DNA from: Pocillopora damicornis
Lineage: Eukaryota
Assembly (NCBI RefSeq): GCF_003704095.1
Contig: NW_020845410.1
Coordinates: forward strand, 558,001 to 622,000
DNA length: 64,000 nt
Direction of reading: 5' to 3'
Below the pieces are notes generated by a model. That model saw only the letters and a program-made list of their open reading frames with translations, was not told the origin of the DNA and made no database searches. Shown here piece by piece: positions 57,001-64,000 of the stretch; position 1 is the first letter of the stretch, and each line of letters opens with the position of its first letter. The position numbers and the translations under genes were made by a program.

Positions 57001-57546
57001 TCATCATAATCCATCAATTATTTTTGCTTGCGCGTGATTGGCCTAAAACGCAACATTCATCGCGGCAAACGGTACAAGGTAAGCTATTCATAGTCACAGT
57101 GGCCTCCATTTTTCGTTGAAAAATATGTTCGTATTTTTGTCCTTGGAAATAATCTGTTCCTTATAGCTCACAGCTCTCCTCGAGCTTCGCTCCCGAAAAA
57201 CTGTTTGCATCTCGGAAACCATTTTTGCATTCGGCGCCTTTGTTTCTCTGTACCTTCGCAGTACAGCGATAGATCAAAGTGCTCTGTGAGCAAACTCGTG
57301 ATTCGACAAATGATTTTTTGGATTATGTTTAATGTTATCTGGTATAGGGAATTTTGTGGTCGATTGTCATATCTAGAGTACGAGCAGTAGTGCAGTGTTC
57401 GCTAATGTAGCAAAGAAACAAAGTAACGTTGGGATAAGAAGGCATTNNNNNNNNNNNNNNNNNNNNNNNNNNNNNNNNNNNNNNNNNNNNNNNNNNNNNN
57501 NNNNNNNNNNNNNNNNNNNNNNNNNNNNNNNNNNNNNNNNNNNNNN

Positions 57547-59704
57547 CTTGCGTGACTTACAAAGTAGACAAAGGTGATCGGGAGGCGCCTTCTCGATAAC
57601 TTACGTTGAAATATCAGGTCATGAACTACGCACAGAGTGGAGAAGATCAAAATTAAAGAATAAAACTTGGCACTCTGGTCATAACAGACAGGTCGCGTTG
57701 CTTAAAAGGATACAAAAACAAGTTAAAATAGGTTGCAGTGCTTATATTTACAAAACAACAGGCATACACTCCGAAACAATTCTTGGAGTTTCTCCCGAGA
57801 TTTAGTATGAACTAACCTACTACTATATTTAGTATGAACTAACAGATGAACTAACCCTCCTTTCTGCAAATTTGTTTTCGTCATTAATGATGTTACGCTC
57901 TTACTGAGACCACAACGGTTTTGAGCGACAAACTCGACATTTCCCTGCGACCATTAAAATCAACTGGACAAACCCAGCTTGATGTATTGCCTGACTTGAT
58001 CGTGCAAACTTTTCTCTTTGTCATACGACCTGTTTCGCAGGTTCTACAAGTTGGAACCAAAATTAGTTAATGTAACGAATTAGAATCGAAATTTACATTT
58101 TAATGAGAATTTTATCTTTTAAATGTTTACTTGATTCATGAAAAGCAAAGATTGGAGTGGCTTTGGGTATTTCAGCCCTGATTTGGAAAAAATAAAACAG
58201 TTAGTGGTATGTTCTAAACACCAGAACACCTGAGAGGACACTGGAAATGTAGTAAATATAGTAAATGTAGTATAACCAGTGAAATCCTCGATTACAAGTT
58301 AATTTTGTTTGGTTCCGGTCATTTTAACCACAATATGGAAAAAAATATAACAGTTATTGGTATTTTCTAAACATCCGAACACTTTAAGAAACATCGGAAA
58401 TGCGGTGAAAGTACTTGTTAACAGCCACATGCAGCACAAGGGAAAATGTGAGGCAATTAAGAAAGCCAGACTGACTGGAGATGTTTTTGAAGTTTTTGGA
58501 ATTAAAGCTATAGTCGGATCACATGAGTAATATATTTACAGAGCGAAGGCTATTATTTAACTAAAAATTGGTTCGTAAGTGCCTATCTGGGTTATCTGCA
58601 ATAGCAGACAAAACCAGAATTCTCTTTACAAAATCAAAGGACAAATTGTGTCATGACGAATTTTTGTCTCGATTTTTACATCCGCTTAAAACTTCAAAAC
58701 TGTCAAATTTCGTCAGAGCTTGATCTGCTCATGAGACCAGCTGGCATAGCTTACCAATAGACTCAAACTACAGTTTCAGGATTCATCGTGCGTCGTTTCA
58801 AAGTTTTAAAATCCACGAGTTTCGCGACAAAAGAAAGTTAATGCCTTCCAGGTAAATTTTAGTGGGTTAAATAACAAGCTGGTGGCAGCTTTTACGACAA
58901 ATGGCGTTGAAAACTCAGCCTCCTTTCGCTGCCACACATTCTTCATTTTGCTCTGGACGCTAAAAAATACTTTTACTACATTTCTAGTGTCCTCTCAGGT
59001 GTTCTGGTGTTTAGAACATACCACTAACTGTTTTATTTTTTCCCAATCAGGGCTGAAATACCCAAAGCCACTCCAATCTTTGCTTTTCATGAATCAAGTA
59101 AACATTTAAAAGATAAAATTCTCATTAAAATGTAAATTTCTTCAGTCCATTTGAATAACTTTCGATTCTAATTCGTTACATTAACTAATTTTGGTTCCAA
59201 CTTGTAGAACCTGCGAAACAGGTCGTATGACAAAGAGAAAAGTTTGCACGATCAAGTCAGGCAATACATCAAGCTGGGTTTGTCCAGTTGATTTTAATGG
59301 TCGCAGGGAAATGTCGAGTTTGTCGCTCAAAACCGTTGTGGTCTCAGTAAGAGCGTAACATCATTAATGACGAAAACAAATTTGCAGAAAGGAGGGTTAG
59401 TTCATCGGTTAGTTCATACTAAATATAGTAGTAGGTTAGTTCATACTAAATCTCGGGAGAAACTCCAAGAATTGTTTCGGAGTATATGCCTGTTGTTTTG
59501 TAAATATAAGCACTGCAACCTATTTTAACTTATTTTTGTATCCTTTTAAGCAACGCGACCTGTCTGTTATGACCAGAGTGCCAAGTTTTATTCTTTGATT
59601 TTGATCTTCTCCACTCTGTGCGTAGTTCATGACCTGATATTTCAACGTAAGCTATCGAGAAGGCGCCTCCCGATCACCTTTGTCTACTTTGTAAGTCACG
59701 CAAG
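57547..59704. repeat. Large palindrome: ~710-bp near-identical inverted arms (57547-58256 / 58972-59704) around a ~715-bp spacer
   Basis: CTTGCGTGACTTACAAAGTAGAC at 57547 pairs with GTCTACTTTGTAAGTCACGCAAG ending at 59704. The arms match throughout except for a few substitutions and one ~20-bp indel near 59140-59160. Confidence 0.92.
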
Positions 59705-59806
59705 CANNNNNNNNNNNNNNNNNNNNNNNNNNNNNNNNNNNNNNNNNNNNNNNNNNNNNNNNNNNNNNNNNNNNNNNNNNNNNNNNNNNNNNNNNNNNNN
59801 NNNNNN

Positions 59807-60195
59807 TTTGACAATTTTGAAGTTTTAAGCGGATGCAAAAATCGAGACAAAAATTCGTCAGGACGCAATTTGTCCTCTGATTTTTTCAAGAGAATTCTGG
59901 TTTTGTCTGCTATTGCAGATAGCCCAGATAGGCACTTACGAACCAATTTTTAGTTAAATAATAGCCCTCACTCTCGAGAAATTGCAAATATATTACTCAT
60001 GTGATCTGACTACAACTTTAATTCCGCCTCACATTTTCCCTTGTGCTGTGGCTGTTAACCGAGTACTTTCACCGCATTTCCAAATGCTTCTTAAAGTGTT
60101 CGGATGTTTAGAACATAACAATAACTGTTATATTTTTTTCCATGATATCGTGGTCAAAATGACCGGAACGAAACAAAATCAACTTGTAATCGAGG
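59807..60195 (-). repeat. Diverged inverted copy of the palindrome spacer (58286-58707)
   Basis: TTTGACAATTTTGAAGTTTTAAGCGGATG... is the reverse complement of ...CATCCGCTTAAAACTTCAAAACTGTCAAA. Similarity continues to AACTTGTAATCGAGG with scattered substitutions and a deletion of roughly 50 bp. Confidence 0.85.
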
Positions 60196-63100
60196 GTAGT
60201 ACTTCAAATAACTCGCTACGTCGTCTCGGCATTCCAGGGGAGAAATTTCTAGTGTTCTTATTGGTTCTCTCAATTTCGGTTATCATCTGATATACAACCT
60301 TGTATGGAAATTTGTTATCTAAGTGTCGCTCAGTTAAATCTACTTTTGGCTAGAAGCAATCACTTCTTTTAGTACAGTGGAAATCAACTATAGCAAATGC
60401 TAGTCAACGTCATGTGGGTAACAAAAAGTAAAAGTCAAAAATTTCAATGTAACCTCATTGAATGGTACTTATATTTGAAGTTTCACTTACAGCATTTGCA
60501 CTAGCTTGATATTAACACTTCATGGTCAATAAAAGGTAAAACGTTGCCACAACAGAAAAAACGGCCAGTTACCTTCAAAATTTCACTAGGAATTAAAGAA
60601 TTTGTGTTAAAATATCTACGCTCTAACAGGATCTTTCGATCTTTCATTACAAAAATTCACCTTCGACTGTGGGTCTGTTTAAGTAGCCATAATACTGGTT
60701 TCTCCGTTCGTTACCACGCAGTAAAACATTTGAACATTAGGGTATGCATAACGATTTATTGATTAAACCGAATATTTGTCTCAGTAGGGTTATAACTCTT
60801 ACCTCGTACACTCGGAGCAAGAAATTGAGGTCAGGATATTGAAACGAAAGCTATCCTCGATCACAAGCTTTGCTCCGTTCCAGTTAGGCAAAACACACAA
60901 TCAAACTGTTCACAAAAGTTTTCGCTTGCCGATAAGCTGGAACTCAAAGACACCTGAATGCTTGACTCATATTGTATGTCGTACCCTTTAACGTTTCTTG
61001 GATCGTATATTAATGTATTTTGTGTCCACTGTGTAAATTGCTTAACGTTGAATTTCCATTCAGCCTCGAACGTAACTTAAGCGTTGCTTATGTGATTCAA
61101 GTTTTGCCGTTTCGACGATCAGATGTGACACTGACTTCTAGTGGCTTTAATTTGAAGAGAGATTGAGAGTTAAAACGGACTAAACATTACCAACGAGTGA
61201 AAAATCTAATTCCTCAATTATTTCATTGGCTCCTTTTTCTGACTTGTTGGATACGAGATTGGTATAGCCAACCCATATCAGGTGTGCACTCATGGAACAA
61301 CTGTTAAATATAGTGCACATATTGTAATAAGTATATACAGTAATTGTACGAAAGACAAAGGTTCTTTGATTACGGCTTACGTCCATTTCTTAAGCAAGAC
61401 CACTGAATTAAAAAAAATGCAGGGACTTGGAGTCATTAGCCGGTTATAGAAATACTCCAGTTTATTGTAAAAATGGTGTTATTGTCTTTGAGTGTCCAGA
61501 TGTGCTTTGATAGTTCCGAAAAAAAATGACTGCCCTCTGAAAAACAATTCCCTCACTTTAAGCGTCGTCTACAACGCCAAAGTAACAACNNNNNNNNNNN
61601 NNNNNNNNNNNNNNNNNNNNNNNNNNNNNNNNNNNNNNNNNNNNNNNNNNNNNNNNNNNNNNNNNNNNNNNNNNNNNNNNNNNNNNNNNGAGCGAGCGAG
61701 CGAGTGCCATTCCCCATATCGTATCTACAACTCGCTCTTGCGCATGCGCGCAATTCACGAGTTAAAAAATGGAGCACTTAAAAACTATCGAGGGAAAAAG
61801 AACTTGAAATTTCGCGACTACACTCAGAAACCTCAAAATCACTCCACCGACAAAACAAAAACAAAAATAATTTTCATACCAATTCTTGGAGGGAAAAGAC
61901 ATGTTATTTTTTGAAGTATCATCACTGAGGCTATTTGGAAAACGCTACCCCAATCCACCCTGGGGACTCCATGGAAAAGGAACTGTAGCCTTTTCGTTCA
62001 GACAAATTTTTCGGATTATTTTGGATGAGGGAAACATTGTAATAACTGAAAAGAATAAAAATAAATAATCCCGAATCCCCTTAGTCAGTAGATGGCATAC
62101 TCCACTAAATGGATGGCAACGCGAAAGATGTCAACGCTTCTTAGGAGTGAAAATAATTTTTTCTCCTTTATAAAGAAACCACGGATTAACTTCGAGTCAA
62201 CTTCAGCTTGGCACAAACATTCAGTAGAAGAATACAGGTGTTCAAGGCCTTCATTAGTCATCAGTTTATCTAGGTGCGCCCTCTGTGGCGAATTTGGTTT
62301 CCTCCAAGGCGGAGATTCAAATGGAATAGTCAAGTACTATGATAAATACATAATCCTACAAAGTTATCATTATCATGAATGCCATCTTAATAATTCGTGT
62401 ACTAAATGTCCACGACATTACCTTTATCCAGCTTTGCAAGGAACAGATGAAAGATATAACTGGATGAAACTAGCTTGCACGAAACAACACTGAGGGAAAC
62501 AAAGCCAATGAGTACAGAAGTACAAAGCACCCATCAGAGCAAGTTAATTTACAAATTCCATGATCCCACTTGTAAAACGACTTAACCGCCCGCGGTTTAG
62601 GATTGCTTAATTCGTAGGAGATAAATGCTCAATTTCCGTACACTGATGTCCAGTCACCGGAAAAATAGTTTTTAAAGGATCTATAGCTTTTAACATTTGG
62701 GATGCAAGTGCTTTTGGAATGAATTTGGTGGTATGTCGACTTCTGCTCACTAAAAATATTTATGCAAATTAGGATAAGGAGGACCTGAGATCGCTTGGCA
62801 TTTATTAACTGCCATTTATTATAGAATATGACATTTACGCAATTTAGTTAGATATGTTCACAGTAAAACGCACGTGTGAGAACATTTGACGAAGTAGCTT
62901 TTACCTGAGAATTTTAAGAAAAAAAAATAAGATTGTCTGACAATTGTTATTGTGAGTCATTCGGTTGAGACCAAGAAACTACGAGTGTTTCTACTTCGAT
63001 ATAACCAATCCTAAACCGCGGGTCGTTAAGTCGCTTCACACGTGGGAGTTGATGGGTGCTTTGACTAGAAACAGTGTTTCAGAAATGAATTTAAAGCGAA

Positions 63101-64000
63101 AGGCACAGGTTAGCTTCAAACTTAATGAAGAAATGAATATACATGGATGTTGAATCAACCCACAATGATAAAAAAATGATCGAAGCGTGCAAGTATGTTG
63201 ATATACTTGCAGAGGAAAACAGCACATAATTCGAAAATCGCTAATGACGTGTTCCTCGATCGAGAAAACGGCGTATAAGTTAGCTCGAATTTCCGTGTTT
63301 GTTGACCAAATGATAAATTTAATTCTTTTCATCAGATTGATGGGACAAAGACTTCAAGTGGACAACCCAATCCTTGGCAAATGAAGCGTAGTTTCGGCAT
63401 CGAACTGATGAAGGCTCAGTTTCTTTTAGGGCCAAGGACAAGTATTGAGCTTTTTGGAAACACAATTTTTCTTTCGTAATTCAAGCCTTGCATTTGAGTT
63501 TTATTCATAATATTTCATCCACAGATGTTTGGATTCTCCAGACATGTACATAATTTTTGAATTCGAATTTCGCTTTGACCTCTAATTTCACAAGCGAAAA
63601 CTATGCCCCATGAGTCAGGAGAGGAATCTAGAGTTATCATCATCACTAATGACATCTTAACAATTTTCCATAACACTACCTTTGTCGAGCTTTGCCGGGA
63701 AAGGATAAAATATACAAGTAGAAGCTGAATGAATCTTGTACGCACGCCAACACTGAGAGGAGAAAACCAAATATATTCACAAGGAACCGCCCATCAGAAC
63801 AAACTAACTGTCACGGACCGTGCACGGTCAATTCGAAGTTAATGCACAAAGCATTCCAAGTCCCAAGTAAGCTTGTTACAAATAATTACACCTAAGTCTT
63901 CCTACTTGTGTACACGCAGTAACTTTTTGGAGCTTAAAAGATAGTCTTGAAGTAACGGCGCCTTCTTACAATATCAACTCGTATAATCATGGAAAAGGAA

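Noticed and set aside
62085-63745. Several 60-130-aa ORFs at the right end
   Set aside because: No domain signatures, splice consistency or codon-like composition that I can support.

Overview
Eukaryotic, AT-rich genomic DNA from a gapped draft scaffold (12 N-gaps). The gene set, the intron pattern and the dispersed repeats suggest an anthozoan cnidarian, probably a stony coral; this is an inference. From left to right the window holds: (1) the uninterrupted 3' part of a PFKFB gene; (2) a solitary linker-histone H1 / protamine-like gene with an N-terminal (RS)11 tract, an H1 box, a 3' histone stem-loop and a downstream element; (3) a complete 10-exon MEK1/2 (MAP2K1-like) gene; (4) two paralogous NLR-like STAND (NB-ARC/AP-ATPase type) NTPase-TPR genes plus a DZIP3/hRUL138-like HEPN exon with an intact RxxxxH ribonuclease motif; (5) two divergent intronless class A peptide-type GPCRs; (6) a 3-exon CHST11-like sulfotransferase; (7) an intronless class C (CaSR/mGluR-like) GPCR, tail-to-tail with a secreted polyamine-oxidase-like gene; (8) a repeat-rich right end with a ~46-bp minisatellite and a ~2.2-kb palindrome. 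Splice phases indicate that the HEPN exon, a linker exon and one NTPase-TPR gene form a single HEPN-STAND-TPR receptor that was broken by contig mis-orientation. This is the most interesting candidate system, and its neighbouring paralog may lack the effector domain. Dispersed repeats include TTAA-flanked MITEs, a tRNA-headed SINE, a relic of an RLE-type non-LTR retrotransposon and Penelope-type termini carrying minimal hammerhead-ribozyme-like motifs. All exon boundaries were read by eye from GT/AG sites and reading-frame continuity; no database search was run.
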